This document shows, one piece after another, positions 44,921 to 54,870 of a stretch of DNA of 64,000 bases. The stretch lies in IMG/VR virus record IMGVR_UViG_3300020578_000056, one strand, 5' to 3'. The notes under the pieces were generated by a model. That model worked only from the letters and a program-made list of their open reading frames with translations, was not told the origin of the DNA and searched no databases. Source of the DNA: an uncultured virus (IMG/VR IMGVR_UViG_3300020578_000056) (Duplodnaviria; Heunggongvirae; Uroviricota; Caudoviricetes). The position numbers and the translations under genes were made by a program. Numbering within the stretch: the first letter of the stretch is position 1; the number at the start of each line of letters is the position of its first letter.

Positions 44921-46978
44921 TTAAGTAGTAATCTCTGTTACTTTAGCATTTCCGGCGGTGGCAAAAATCGCCATCACTCTTCCGGTATATTTTTCAATTT
45001 CCAGATAATCGCCACTAGCAAGCCTGACGGAATAATTTGTAGTGGAAGCCGTTCCGTCCCCATAAAGAACGTGAAGGGTCCCAGCGCCTTCGTTGAAAAT
45101 AGTCAAAAGCTTTCTGTTTACGTTTGCTGGCCTCAATTCAACTGAGTTGACGGATGAGAAGGTGATTACGGTAGACGGCCCGGTTGAGCCGCGATCTGAG
45201 GTTTGGGCGGTTCCGGTAACAGCAACAGGAAGTTCCCGAAGGGTACTATTAATGTCCACGATAGAATGAGTGAGAGTCCTGTGACCCGGAAAATTTGTAA
45301 AATTGTTAGGCTGTCCCTTGTATGGTGCGCGAACAGAAACATAGCGTATGCTCCATCCACCGCCACCACCGCCAGTTACACTTACTCTAATCCAGCGATT
45401 TTTGATGTTAGGGCCGGAGCCAGCTTGATGAAGAGACAAAACATATAGTCCGGTTGTGCCGCTTTGAAAACCTGCATTTGAAAAATTTAAAGCGTTTGTA
45501 CTAAAATTTTGGGTCGGCATTCTTTCTTGATATAGAACGTTCCCACTAGTAAGGTCGGTAAAGGGTGCAAAAGCGCTATTGGCGGACAATTGAAGATTGT
45601 GAGTATATCCGCCCCCGCCCCCATTAAGATAAATATAAACATAATCGGCATCTGCGCCGCAATCAAAAGCGGCGTGAGTACCTGTTCCGCTATACGCGAA
45701 CCAAGCGCTTTGATTTACTGTTCCCTCCGGAAGAGGAAGGGAAGTGGCGGAGATGGGTTGGGTGATGCCGGAGCCGTCCACCGGAACTCTGCCGCTAACT
45801 GCGTTTGGAAGTTTGACAGAAAGAAGTCTTTTGAAGAAAGAAAATAGGCTATGATTGCCGGTGTCGCTGGCTGCGCTCGTATCCGTATTTGTGCCAATGC
45901 TTGGAACAAGCTTTAATTTTTGAAAAATCCCCTTTCCAAGGGAAATTAGAGAGCTTCCGCTTGCCCCTGTATCAACCTGAACGTCAACAGCCGGAAAGTC
46001 GTGTGTGTTGCCAATGGCTGGATTTGTCGTTGGGATTGCGTCGGCTCTGACGACATAAACACTTGTAAATAGTCCACCCAAATCCCCGGGATTAAAATTG
46101 TTCAAGTTGGCTGGACTCACATAGGTTCCGTTAGTGGGAGCTGATATGTATTTTACGCATACATTTTCTTCGGCTGTGAAGAACCAAGCCCACTGCCCGG
46201 AACTTCTTTCTAGTTTTAGGAGTGGCGTAAATTCTTGAAAATCGACAGCGTTACAATGGCGGTAAACGACGTATAGGCCGTCTTCATTATATGCCCTCCG
46301 GGCATAGTCCAGCCTGTAAAACCCGTTAAAATTTGTGAAATTCGCCGGGAAGTTAGCTGCACGGATTAGGGAAATCCCCGCCTCAAACTCGCTTGCATTT
46401 CTTACCCCAATGCCAGCCTGTACATTTCCGGATAGCTCTGAGTCCGCCCAATTAAAAACACCACTCCTCACTTGTTCTGAAATATCAAGATCCGCAATTG
46501 AGCCAGCCGAAAGATCAACTGTGCCGCTGATGGGGAGAGGGTTGTTTGTTCCTACAATATTCGCCGCACCTCCGCTATTAAAGGCAAGGCCAACACCTCC
46601 ACTTAAGGTAACCCCGCCGGTTGCCCCAAGCATTCTTTCTGTACTGCCCTCGATTATTGCATTTTCACTTAAGCTCGCAGTGACGGAGCCGCTGATGGGC
46701 ATACCAGCATTTGCATCTTGTGATACTGGAATTACAGAGCCGCCGGGACTATCAAAATAAGCGGGAACAAAAACAGGAGTGCCGGAATCATATTGTTGAT
46801 CGGCTAATGTCGCCGTCACCGTGCCGGAAACAGCTAAAGGATCTCCAGAAGTGTTTTTAACCTCCAACTCGCCAACAACCAAAGTGTTGGTCTTATCCTC
46901 AATGTTCCCAAGCAAGGAAACAGCCTTGCGAAGACTTACTTCCGTGCTGTCGTTGGGCTGAGACTGAATATCCGCCAT
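44921..46978 (-). CDS. putative head fibre / decoration protein
   Basis: 685 aa between scaffold and capsid; PLAVSGTV/PISGTV fibre-like repeats; compact C-terminal beta domain. Confidence 0.6.
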   Translation of the reverse strand: MADIQSQPNDSTEVSLRKAVSLLGNIEDKTNTLVVGELEVKNTSGDPLAVSGTVTATLADQQYDSGTPVFVPAYFDSPGGSVIPVSQDANAGMPISGSVTASLSENAIIEGSTERMLGATGGVTLSGGVGLAFNSGGAANIVGTNNPLPISGTVDLSAGSIADLDISEQVRSGVFNWADSELSGNVQAGIGVRNASEFEAGISLIRAANFPANFTNFNGFYRLDYARRAYNEDGLYVVYRHCNAVDFQEFTPLLKLERSSGQWAWFFTAEENVCVKYISAPTNGTYVSPANLNNFNPGDLGGLFTSVYVVRADAIPTTNPAIGNTHDFPAVDVQVDTGASGSSLISLGKGIFQKLKLVPSIGTNTDTSAASDTGNHSLFSFFKRLLSVKLPNAVSGRVPVDGSGITQPISATSLPLPEGTVNQSAWFAYSGTGTHAAFDCGADADYVYIYLNGGGGGYTHNLQLSANSAFAPFTDLTSGNVLYQERMPTQNFSTNALNFSNAGFQSGTTGLYVLSLHQAGSGPNIKNRWIRVSVTGGGGGGWSIRYVSVRAPYKGQPNNFTNFPGHRTLTHSIVDINSTLRELPVAVTGTAQTSDRGSTGPSTVITFSSVNSVELRPANVNRKLLTIFNEGAGTLHVLYGDGTASTTNYSVRLASGDYLEIEKYTGRVMAIFATAGNAKVTEITT

Positions 46979-46982
46979 TTAC

Positions 46983-48266
46983 TTATCCGCCTTTCTCAAT
47001 GGCTTCCAAAAATCCAAGATTGGGGTCTCCGAGTTCCGTCTTTACTGGGGTTTGTCCAGACGCAACCGAAGGAGTGGCCTTGCGGTACTCTCCAAGACTG
47101 GCTTTCAAACTAGAAAGCTCCTTGTTAGTTTTTTGGACATAGTCGTTAAAAACCTGCACGACCAACGGTAAAGTTACCGCTTGAAATGTCAATGCAGCCC
47201 GGCGTCGATGATCCAATGGCTCGGCATCAAGACGCTCGGCCTCGGCTTTTAAGCCGTCCAGCATCTTATTCCACTGCTCGTTACCCTCCACTTTCTGAAC
47301 GAGCGGAAGCTCTTTTTCAAATAAGCCCCAAACTTCTGTGAAGGCGTTCTTGGCTTCGGCATCGTATTTGGCTCTTGCGGCCTTGGTTTCCATTTCCTCG
47401 GTACGGGAAATCTCCTCCAAGATCCGCTTGCTGTCTTTGGCCATCTCTTCCCGCTTGTTGCCCAGAAGGATAAGATCATCAATCTTGGTGCGAACAGTTA
47501 GGGCATCTACCGGATCCATACTGGAAGTGGCTTCACGAAGCATAGCTCGCCGCTTGGCTCCATCGGTCTCGTTCAAAGCCTCAAAGATGGCGGCGTCCCG
47601 CATCTCGTAAGCCTTGGCAATATCCGAGATTGCCTGACGAGCCTGTTTGGTGGGCTCTCCGATATTTACCTTATACTCCCGAGTCGCTTCCAAGCGGCCC
47701 AGACGAAGCTCGCCTTCCAGTTCTTCCCGCTCTGCCTGGAACTGCTCAAGCTTGGCTTGGAGTTCCTTTAACTGACCGTCATTTTCGACCAGTTCACCTT
47801 TTTGCTCTACAGCCTCGGTGCGGTCGGAGATTTTTGTCTCCATTTCCTTGAGGCGGGTTTTGGCCTCACGAAGTTCCTTGGTCAGCTTGGCAAAAGCCGT
47901 CTGAGCTGCGGGATTTAGGTTTTCTGGGGCCTTCTCGAGCGGCTCTTCGGTTTTGGCTTTATCGCCTGCGGGAACCTGCTCTTTGGCTTTGTCTTGCCCA
48001 AGAAGCTTCTCAAGCAACGAGGGTGGGGTAAGCGTGGGCTTGTCGGCTTCAGGAGCCTTGACTGGAGTTTCGGCAATCGGGGCTTTGGCGGGAGCTTCGG
48101 TCTTTTGAGCAGGAGCTTCCGGAGCCTTGGGGGGAGGAGTTGATTCAACCGCAGGTGTCGAGGGTGATGCCGAGCCATCAAGGGCTGCGGACAAAATATC
48201 CGACAGGGAGTTAAACGACTCCGTTGCCGGTTGTGTGTGGGTTAGCGTTTCGGTTGCCTGTTCCAT
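46983..48266 (-). CDS. capsid scaffolding protein
   Basis: Pro/Ala/Glu-rich N-terminus, long coiled coil; between portal and capsid. Confidence 0.7.
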   Translation of the reverse strand: MEQATETLTHTQPATESFNSLSDILSAALDGSASPSTPAVESTPPPKAPEAPAQKTEAPAKAPIAETPVKAPEADKPTLTPPSLLEKLLGQDKAKEQVPAGDKAKTEEPLEKAPENLNPAAQTAFAKLTKELREAKTRLKEMETKISDRTEAVEQKGELVENDGQLKELQAKLEQFQAEREELEGELRLGRLEATREYKVNIGEPTKQARQAISDIAKAYEMRDAAIFEALNETDGAKRRAMLREATSSMDPVDALTVRTKIDDLILLGNKREEMAKDSKRILEEISRTEEMETKAARAKYDAEAKNAFTEVWGLFEKELPLVQKVEGNEQWNKMLDGLKAEAERLDAEPLDHRRRAALTFQAVTLPLVVQVFNDYVQKTNKELSSLKASLGEYRKATPSVASGQTPVKTELGDPNLGFLEAIEKGG

Positions 48267-48269
48267 TGT

Positions 48270-48557
48270 TTACTCCTGCGGTTTTACTCCCTCCCAAGGC
48301 TCTGGAAGCTCCTGGGTTCTGATTTTAACCTCCTTTAATGCATGGATATTACGAATACAGTCGTAGTACCCTTCCCGTCGTGAATTGGTCAGAGCGTTAA
48401 ATTGAATCAAATCGACCCCATTTGGCGGGCGAGCCTCGGTGGGCAAAGCGATTTCCCTCAAAACCTCCAACCCGGCTTTTAAAGTGGCGTTGGTTTCAAA
48501 CAAATGCTTCCAATCAAGCTGCAAATCTTCCCGTTTAGCCCATTCTGCCAAATTCAT
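48270..48557 (-). CDS. small protein downstream of portal
   Basis: 95 aa, REGY motif; typical podovirus position. Confidence 0.7.
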   Translation of the reverse strand: MNLAEWAKREDLQLDWKHLFETNATLKAGLEVLREIALPTEARPPNGVDLIQFNALTNSRREGYYDCIRNIHALKEVKIRTQELPEPWEGVKPQE

Positions 48558-48569
48558 TGAGTCTTGACT

Positions 48570-50786
48570 TTATTTTGTTCTAACAGATCCAGCAAGCTTT
48601 TTCTCCCGAATCTTCTGAGCGGATTCAGCATCACGGATGGCCATCTTTTGCCGAGCATCAGCAACCTTGATTTGAGAATCAATCTGAGCCTGTTCCATCT
48701 TTAACCGAGACTCAATCTGTGCTTTTTGGATGGCCATAGCGGTTTGGGGGTCGATCCCACCGCCTTGCTGTTGTGCCGCTTGGGCTTCTGCTTGAGCTTG
48801 CATCAGCTGCTTCCCGACATTCTCGACGGCTTCCCGCATCAAATTGAGGATTTCGGAATACTGATTGACCTCGTTCTGCCGAGTCTTGTCTTGAGCAAGA
48901 GCTTGGACATGTTGAGTGCTGTGCGGAAGCTGAAGTTGTAGATACGCAAAGGCAAGTTGCGGATTGACTGCATTTTGCTGGAGAGCCTGCACAAATTGCG
49001 CGGCGTCTTCCAAATGGATCTTGGCATGTACGGCGTGGTTTTCCCCCGGATTGACGCTGACCCCTCGTCCGCTCTGCATAGCGTTGTTTTCAAGTTCCGC
49101 AATTTTGGCGTCAACGGGGATTCTCTCGATTTCGCCTTTGGGGATGTAGCGATCGACCTGGTCGTAGCCCACCCGGGCGGCCACGCGGTCACGAATAAGG
49201 TTCCTCTGACCCACCTCGTCAAACCGAGGCATAATCTGGAGAAACTCGTTAAACGCCTGGAGTCTGGCTCCGGGGCTACCGCCACCAATGGCTCGAACTG
49301 CACTAACATGATAAACCTTCTGCACGGCCTTCCAAGGAACCCCTCTGCGCTCCACTCGCCGACGAAACTCCAGGGCTTCCCTTCCACCGGGTTCGTCCAT
49401 CTGGTAATTGACGGTCGCCACACGACGGAACTGCTCGTTCAAAAGCTTTTGCCAGGGGATATAGTAAAGATTCAGCGAATTGGTGGAAAGAACCGACTGC
49501 TGGGCAAGCTGGGCGTTGACCTCGGTGGCGGTTCGGGCGTCGCCGTCGGGCATAATCTGACGGGCGGAGTAACCTCCCGTGTTGTTGGTGCGGGTGACTT
49601 CAAGATCGCGGATGATCGGAAGAACATTGCCGGCGAGATTGGGGAAAGCTTTGTCGATGACATTGATTCCAGGAGGAAGAATGGAAAGAGGGCCATTGTA
49701 GACCAAAGACATATTGCTGACATCCTCGCCGGTAGCCGGCTGAATCATCAGAGCCGAAGACAGCATTGCTCCGTCAACAACCTGGTTACGGAGCCGATTG
49801 GAAAGCTGGATAAAGGGAAAGAGCTTGTAACCTAGCCCACGAATGGAGTGTAGAAGGCCGTTGGTGCCGATCCCATAAGTGAAGAGAACAAAGGCTTGGT
49901 TGGTATCCGCAAATCGACTTGGCTTCTTGAACAAGAAATCGGACTCATCGCCTGTCCGTGTCCCAATGTAATGGGAAAGGGTTCCATCAAACTCCTTCAC
50001 GAAGTAGTGGACGGCTCGGACAACCTTGCTTCGGGAATGGGAATAAACCAGATCGTTGTTCTTCAACTCGGCTTGGAGATTTTCCCAGTCACGCTCGGTC
50101 GCCAGACCGGTCTCGGTCGCTTCCATAATGACCTTCTTGGTCACCTCCACATTCCAACCCAACTCGGCGGCAACTTTCGGATTCTCAATATATTTGTACA
50201 ACTCCCCAACTAAGAAGTTCCGCTCGATGGTTGCCACCTCGACCTTGGTGTCACAGGCGGGAGTTCCACGGGGAACCTTGAAATCCTTCAACCCACAAAC
50301 ATTCCACTTCCAATTGCGGGAATCTTCAAAAAAGGAAACTCCGACCCCGAAAGCAATAAACTGGTGGGCGAGCATTTGCTGCTTGTAATAAAACTCGTCC
50401 CACTGGGTCATCATTCGGTGGAACTCTTCAGAAATAATCTGCTCCCATTCAACCCTTTGAGCGGGGTCGCCTTCCGCTGTTTTCACATTCACAAGGCAAG
50501 GAACCGAATTGACCAAATCGGAGTAAGCCGACAAAGCAGATTCAAGGCTGGCCGCGGCTTCACCAAAGTTAAGATTAGCCCTGTACCCCTGCCCCAAAGA
50601 CTTTAACTGATTCGGAGAGTAGGGGGGTTCCCCATCAAGAACGGCCTGAATTTTCTGGCGATCTAGGGCGGAAGCATCATCCGCCTGACGCATCGAGAGA
50701 TAAATGGCGTGTGCGTCCTTGGCGGATTTGACCCGTTCCTGAGGTGGCTGACCCGAGGGAGTAATGTTGGCTAGCTCGATAGACAC
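48570..50786 (-). CDS. portal protein
   Basis: 738 aa after terminase; RTATEV motif; Q/A-rich C-terminal barrel region. Confidence 0.9.
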   Translation of the reverse strand: MSIELANITPSGQPPQERVKSAKDAHAIYLSMRQADDASALDRQKIQAVLDGEPPYSPNQLKSLGQGYRANLNFGEAAASLESALSAYSDLVNSVPCLVNVKTAEGDPAQRVEWEQIISEEFHRMMTQWDEFYYKQQMLAHQFIAFGVGVSFFEDSRNWKWNVCGLKDFKVPRGTPACDTKVEVATIERNFLVGELYKYIENPKVAAELGWNVEVTKKVIMEATETGLATERDWENLQAELKNNDLVYSHSRSKVVRAVHYFVKEFDGTLSHYIGTRTGDESDFLFKKPSRFADTNQAFVLFTYGIGTNGLLHSIRGLGYKLFPFIQLSNRLRNQVVDGAMLSSALMIQPATGEDVSNMSLVYNGPLSILPPGINVIDKAFPNLAGNVLPIIRDLEVTRTNNTGGYSARQIMPDGDARTATEVNAQLAQQSVLSTNSLNLYYIPWQKLLNEQFRRVATVNYQMDEPGGREALEFRRRVERRGVPWKAVQKVYHVSAVRAIGGGSPGARLQAFNEFLQIMPRFDEVGQRNLIRDRVAARVGYDQVDRYIPKGEIERIPVDAKIAELENNAMQSGRGVSVNPGENHAVHAKIHLEDAAQFVQALQQNAVNPQLAFAYLQLQLPHSTQHVQALAQDKTRQNEVNQYSEILNLMREAVENVGKQLMQAQAEAQAAQQQGGGIDPQTAMAIQKAQIESRLKMEQAQIDSQIKVADARQKMAIRDAESAQKIREKKLAGSVRTK

Positions 50787-50796
50787 GGTTTTTACT

Positions 50797-50823
50797 AGGT
50801 TAACAAAATTTTTGTTTCGTCAA
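50797..50823 (-). promoter_or_regulatory. putative promoter TTGACG-N15-TAACCT
   Basis: Overlaps the terminase stop; extended -10 TG present; 10 nt before portal GTG. Confidence 0.5.
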
Positions 50824-52541
50824 GTGGAAGCTAAAACTTGTCGATCCATATAAGAGGCAACGTCCATTTTCTTGGCGGTTTTCACCCAACCTTCCCCACG
50901 GGACACCGCCAACTTGGCTCCGGCATACGCTCCAAGACGGTATCGGCAGACATCCAGCAAAAGCAAAGCCGCATCCGCCAAATCGGGAGACTTTCCCATT
51001 CTGGCTTTCATGTCTTTCTTTGGCTCAACCACAAGTCGCCCGCCAGCCATCGTGCTGTACTTTCTGGAACAAAGCTCCCTAGCCAAATCGGGGCTGATAC
51101 CTCGGATTTGATTCGACCTTAAAAACTCAACGCCAACCCACCATAACTCGCTGACCTTGTTCCCAAACTTTTCATTGGCCTTGATGGGGGACATAGCACT
51201 GACGGGAAGCTGAGAAGGCTTCTCCCCAAACTTGACTCGATAAATCCGAGGCGACCAGAGCTCGCTTAAAATATCGCAAAAGGGGTCGCCGGCTCCCGTG
51301 GCATCAACCGCAAGATTTTCGGGTAAAACCCCTTCAGCTTGGCAAACTTCTCGGACCTGTCGGGCAATCTGAAAGTTTCTGGGTTCATTAGCCTTGCTAG
51401 CGTCTTCCCGAAGAATGTGAGCCTTTTCAAAAGCTACGGTTGGCATCCCCAAATCCGATTTTCCAAAGGACCCCACATAAAGAACGCAACGATCCCCACC
51501 ATTGGTAAAAGCGGGGTCAAGTCCGGCAACTTTGATGGGTTGTTTTTCCCACTTAGGCAAAGCCTCACCCTCAAACCTTCGGATTTCGGCTTCAGAATAA
51601 ATGTTTTGTTCTGCGCCCACGGGGGCTGGAAAAGAGCGGATAAACCGCCAGTAAGAAAGGCTGTTTTCACCTTGGTAATCTCGAGCTTCCCGAAGTTGCT
51701 TGGAGGTTAGGAGAAAGGGCCACTCATCGTCGGAGTCTAGATTGGGGGTTTTTTCGCCGTCTAAATGAATGCAGTACCCCCGGGAAGTTTCCCAGCCACC
51801 CAAATCACAATTGACGCTATTCCAGGTGTCCTTGGGGGTGATGAATTGGCCGAAGGGATCATAGGCCGAAGCAAAATTCCCAAGAGCGACACACTGGAAA
51901 AAAGGGTTGGAATCCAAATTGTGGATGGCCTCAAAAATAGCGGGACTGACATCGGTGGCCTCGTCTACCAAAAGAAACACCCTCTTGTTTTTAAGACCGA
52001 TCAACTTCTCGGTGGCTTCCTTCTCTTTGTCCTTGGCGGAAGGAATCAAAGTGATGCTGGATCGGTCGCTGCCAGCTTCATCCAAAATAACTTTTCCCAT
52101 AGAATCAACAATTCTTCCGGGAAGGCCGGGAACTTGCATATGCCGTTCACGAATGACCCCCCACATCCGTTTTCGAGCCTCACGAAGGCTGGTCGTGGTG
52201 CAGAGGACAAGGGTATTGAAGGGGTCGCAAAGCCAGTTAATCAAGCCCCACATACCGATGCAGTGGGTTTTGCTGGAGGATTTGGGTCCGGAGATTCCCA
52301 GATAATTCCATTTGCAGGCGGCCTCAAAAATGGTTTCAGCCCAAGGATTCCATTGAAACCCGTTTTTGTTCTTCTTTTTATCGTAAGGCCAAAGCATCTC
52401 CACGACTCTTCGGAAATGGCCATATTTCCCAATACCGCCAACATTGGAGCCAAAATTTTCCCGAAAGGCAATAAGCTCGATGGTTACATCGGTTGTGCCA
52501 ATTGGCCAAATCCGCCCGTATCTTTCAAAACCATCGGCCAT
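50820..52541 (-). CDS. terL: terminase large subunit
   Basis: Walker A GPKSSSKT, Walker B LLVDEA, nuclease GLDPA...GDRC, SPDLADA. Confidence 0.92.
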   Translation of the reverse strand: MADGFERYGRIWPIGTTDVTIELIAFRENFGSNVGGIGKYGHFRRVVEMLWPYDKKKNKNGFQWNPWAETIFEAACKWNYLGISGPKSSSKTHCIGMWGLINWLCDPFNTLVLCTTTSLREARKRMWGVIRERHMQVPGLPGRIVDSMGKVILDEAGSDRSSITLIPSAKDKEKEATEKLIGLKNKRVFLLVDEATDVSPAIFEAIHNLDSNPFFQCVALGNFASAYDPFGQFITPKDTWNSVNCDLGGWETSRGYCIHLDGEKTPNLDSDDEWPFLLTSKQLREARDYQGENSLSYWRFIRSFPAPVGAEQNIYSEAEIRRFEGEALPKWEKQPIKVAGLDPAFTNGGDRCVLYVGSFGKSDLGMPTVAFEKAHILREDASKANEPRNFQIARQVREVCQAEGVLPENLAVDATGAGDPFCDILSELWSPRIYRVKFGEKPSQLPVSAMSPIKANEKFGNKVSELWWVGVEFLRSNQIRGISPDLARELCSRKYSTMAGGRLVVEPKKDMKARMGKSPDLADAALLLLDVCRYRLGAYAGAKLAVSRGEGWVKTAKKMDVASYMDRQVLAST

Positions 52542-52555
52542 AACTCAATGGGAAG

Positions 52556-52583
52556 ATATTAAAATCGGTCAAGATTTGGTCAA
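52556..52583 (-). promoter_or_regulatory. promoter TTGACC-N16-TAATAT
   Basis: 14 nt before terminase ATG. Confidence 0.6.
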
Positions 52584-52803
52584 GATTTTTAGGCCTATTT
52601 TTACAAATACCTAATTTTCAATTACTTCTCAAAAATGCACATTGGGCTAACGACCCTAATCTGTAAGTCATTTTCTGCCAATATTTTGCGTTAACTTCTT
52701 CTGTTGCTGGAAATTACCCGTGCAAAGTGGGAAAAGCAATGTGCAACATTAAGCAACATTTTACCTTGACTTTGGTCAAGAATGTCAAGATATTCTGTCA
52801 AGA
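52567..52803. repeat. clustered GTCAAGA and GCAACATT repeats; candidate attP / operator region
   Basis: GTCAAGA at 52568, 52579, 52775, 52784, 52797; CTTGAC-N4-GTCAAG palindrome 52765-52780; GCAACATT at 52743 and 52753. Confidence 0.55.
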
Positions 52804-52813
52804 TTCTAAAACT

Positions 52814-54040
52814 ATGAAACCGATAGTAATTCAAAAAGGTTGGGCTCGAGTCAAAATTTACGAGTGTCCCCTTCGCCGGGGAGACCGTGAATACCTCACC
52901 TACATCATCGTCTGGCGGGTGGGTAAAAAGAGAATGAAGCGGGGTATGGCCTCGCTGGAACTCGCCAAACGGGAAGCCAAAGCCATCGCCGAACAACTGG
53001 CCGACGGACACGCCACCACCACGGAAATCACGCAAAAGGAACTGCAATACTTTCGGCATTGCGAAAACCTCCTCAACGGCGTCCCGCTGGACCGAGCCAT
53101 CAAAGTCTACATCGAGTCCAACCCAAAAGAGGTCAAACAAGTCCGAGTCAAGGAACTGGTCGAAGAATTTTTAAAACGAAACGACGCCGACCCCAACCTC
53201 TCCAAGGAGCAAAAGCGGACAATCCGCAGCCACTTGACCCGATTCTCCGAACGGATGAACCGTCCAGTTTCCGTCATCTCGCCTAGGGACATCGACGAAT
53301 ACCTAGACGACCCAACCTACGCCCCCCGCACCCGCCACAACCACCGGTCCTCCCTCATCGTGCTCTTCAACTATGCCCGAAGGAAGGGCTACCTTCTGGA
53401 AGACAAACGCCACGCCGCCGAAAAGTCTGAGGAGATCCGTTTCAAGCGTCCTGACGTGGAAATCTATTCTCCCGAACAAGCCGAAACGACGCTCCAACTG
53501 GCCGACCCCAAGCTTGTCCCCTTTATTGCGATTGGGTTATTTTCTGGTGTCCGCACCGCCGAGCTTTGCCGCCTTAACTGGGAGGACATCGACTGGATCG
53601 GCGGGAACATCCGTCTGGATCGAAACATCACGAAGACCAACCAATCTCGCCTTGTCCCCCTCCTCCCCAACCTCACGGAATGGCTTGCGCCCTACAAACA
53701 CAAGAAGGGTAACATTATGGCCTCGATGGGAACCAAGGAGCCAACTCGGTTCGTCAGCCCATGGCTCGCCAAATCGGAAAACCCCAAGCTCCCGGCCAAG
53801 TGGATCGACAACGGGATGCGTCACTCTTTTGCTTCCTACTATTTGGCGTACACGCAGGATGCCGCTCGGACGGCTCTGGCCTGTGGGCACTCGGTCAGCA
53901 TGTTGCTGGGGACTTACAAAACAGTCTCTCTTAACGGCGTATCGATAACCCAGGAGGTGGCGAAACGATACTTCGAGATTAGGCCTAAGGCCGTCGAAAA
54001 TGTCGTGCCATTACGTTATGCCCAGTCAAAGAAGTCCTAA
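52814..54040 (+). CDS. int: tyrosine recombinase / integrase
   Basis: GVRTAEL (R), TKT (K), NGMRHSF (N at the usual H position), GHS, TY(K) catalytic Tyr; start reassigned to ATG 52814. Confidence 0.92.
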   Translation: MKPIVIQKGWARVKIYECPLRRGDREYLTYIIVWRVGKKRMKRGMASLELAKREAKAIAEQLADGHATTTEITQKELQYFRHCENLLNGVPLDRAIKVYIESNPKEVKQVRVKELVEEFLKRNDADPNLSKEQKRTIRSHLTRFSERMNRPVSVISPRDIDEYLDDPTYAPRTRHNHRSSLIVLFNYARRKGYLLEDKRHAAEKSEEIRFKRPDVEIYSPEQAETTLQLADPKLVPFIAIGLFSGVRTAELCRLNWEDIDWIGGNIRLDRNITKTNQSRLVPLLPNLTEWLAPYKHKKGNIMASMGTKEPTRFVSPWLAKSENPKLPAKWIDNGMRHSFASYYLAYTQDAARTALACGHSVSMLLGTYKTVSLNGVSITQEVAKRYFEIRPKAVENVVPLRYAQSKKS

Positions 54041-54194
54041 CACAACTACTTCGACCTTCACGCTTCCCAAACACCTCTTAAAATGGGTGCAGGAACAGGC
54101 CAAGTCGCGGGGAGTATCAACTTCGGAATTCCTTAGAAATCTCCTTTTAAATAAGTGGGATCAGCAAAATAGCTCCAAAGGGACAAAGAAATAA
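54018..54194 (+). CDS. ribbon-helix-helix (CopG-like) regulator
   Basis: STFTLPKHLLKWVQEQAKSRGVSTSEFLRNLL. Confidence 0.75.
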   Translation: MPSQRSPNTTTSTFTLPKHLLKWVQEQAKSRGVSTSEFLRNLLLNKWDQQNSSKGTKK

Positions 54195-54295
54195 TTACTC
54201 AATACGCTTAAACGGCGTAATTACGGCGTAACTAGCCTAATATTAAGTATTTACGTAATTGATTGTAAAAGGTGCTAGGCATACCCTACGCACCT

Positions 54296-54472
54296 GTGAA
54301 AATCAAAAGGCGGTTTCATTCCGAGGACACTGAAAAGACAAATTTGGTGGTCCCAAAATCCATCAAGGATGATGCGCTAAAGGCGGCAAGAGCCGAAAGG
54401 CTTTCACTTTCGCAATGGGTAGTCCGAGCGATCTGCGAAAAACTTGAGGGGATGAAAAAAAATAACATGTAA
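54296..54472 (+). CDS. ribbon-helix-helix (Arc-like) regulator
   Basis: TNLVVPKSIKDDALKAARAERLSLSQWVVRAI. Confidence 0.75.
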   Translation: MKIKRRFHSEDTEKTNLVVPKSIKDDALKAARAERLSLSQWVVRAICEKLEGMKKNNM

Positions 54473-54522
54473 CGAAAAATAATACTTGTCACCGCTACGC
54501 TGACGCTTACACCTGTACCCCA

Positions 54523-54831
54523 ATGAGATTAACTTTCGAGACTAAGTCGGTTCGAATTTTCTCTCATCCCAGCGGACACCTCGGAGTTGAGCTTGAGCCA
54601 GTCGGTGAAGACGGTTGGCCGAAGGACATGCCGGGAGAAACGATCTACAACATTTCTCAACTCACCAAGCGTCTCGGAGTTTCCCGTCGCACGGTCTACA
54701 ATTTTCTAAAACGCCGCCACAATCCCCTGCCCCACTCAAAGGCCGGCGGACGTCCCAAGGTCACCGAGTCGGACATCGCCTCGTGGTTGTCCCGCGAAAA
54801 AATCAAGGGGGACAAGATCCGCATTCTATGA
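54523..54831 (+). CDS. excisionase-like HTH protein
   Basis: YNISQLTKRLGVSRRTVYNF...LPHSKAGG...SDIASWL. Confidence 0.75.
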   Translation: MRLTFETKSVRIFSHPSGHLGVELEPVGEDGWPKDMPGETIYNISQLTKRLGVSRRTVYNFLKRRHNPLPHSKAGGRPKVTESDIASWLSREKIKGDKIRIL

Positions 54832-54870
54832 ATTTTTTGAAAAAGGGGGCTGTCACTACGAAAGGAGCCA

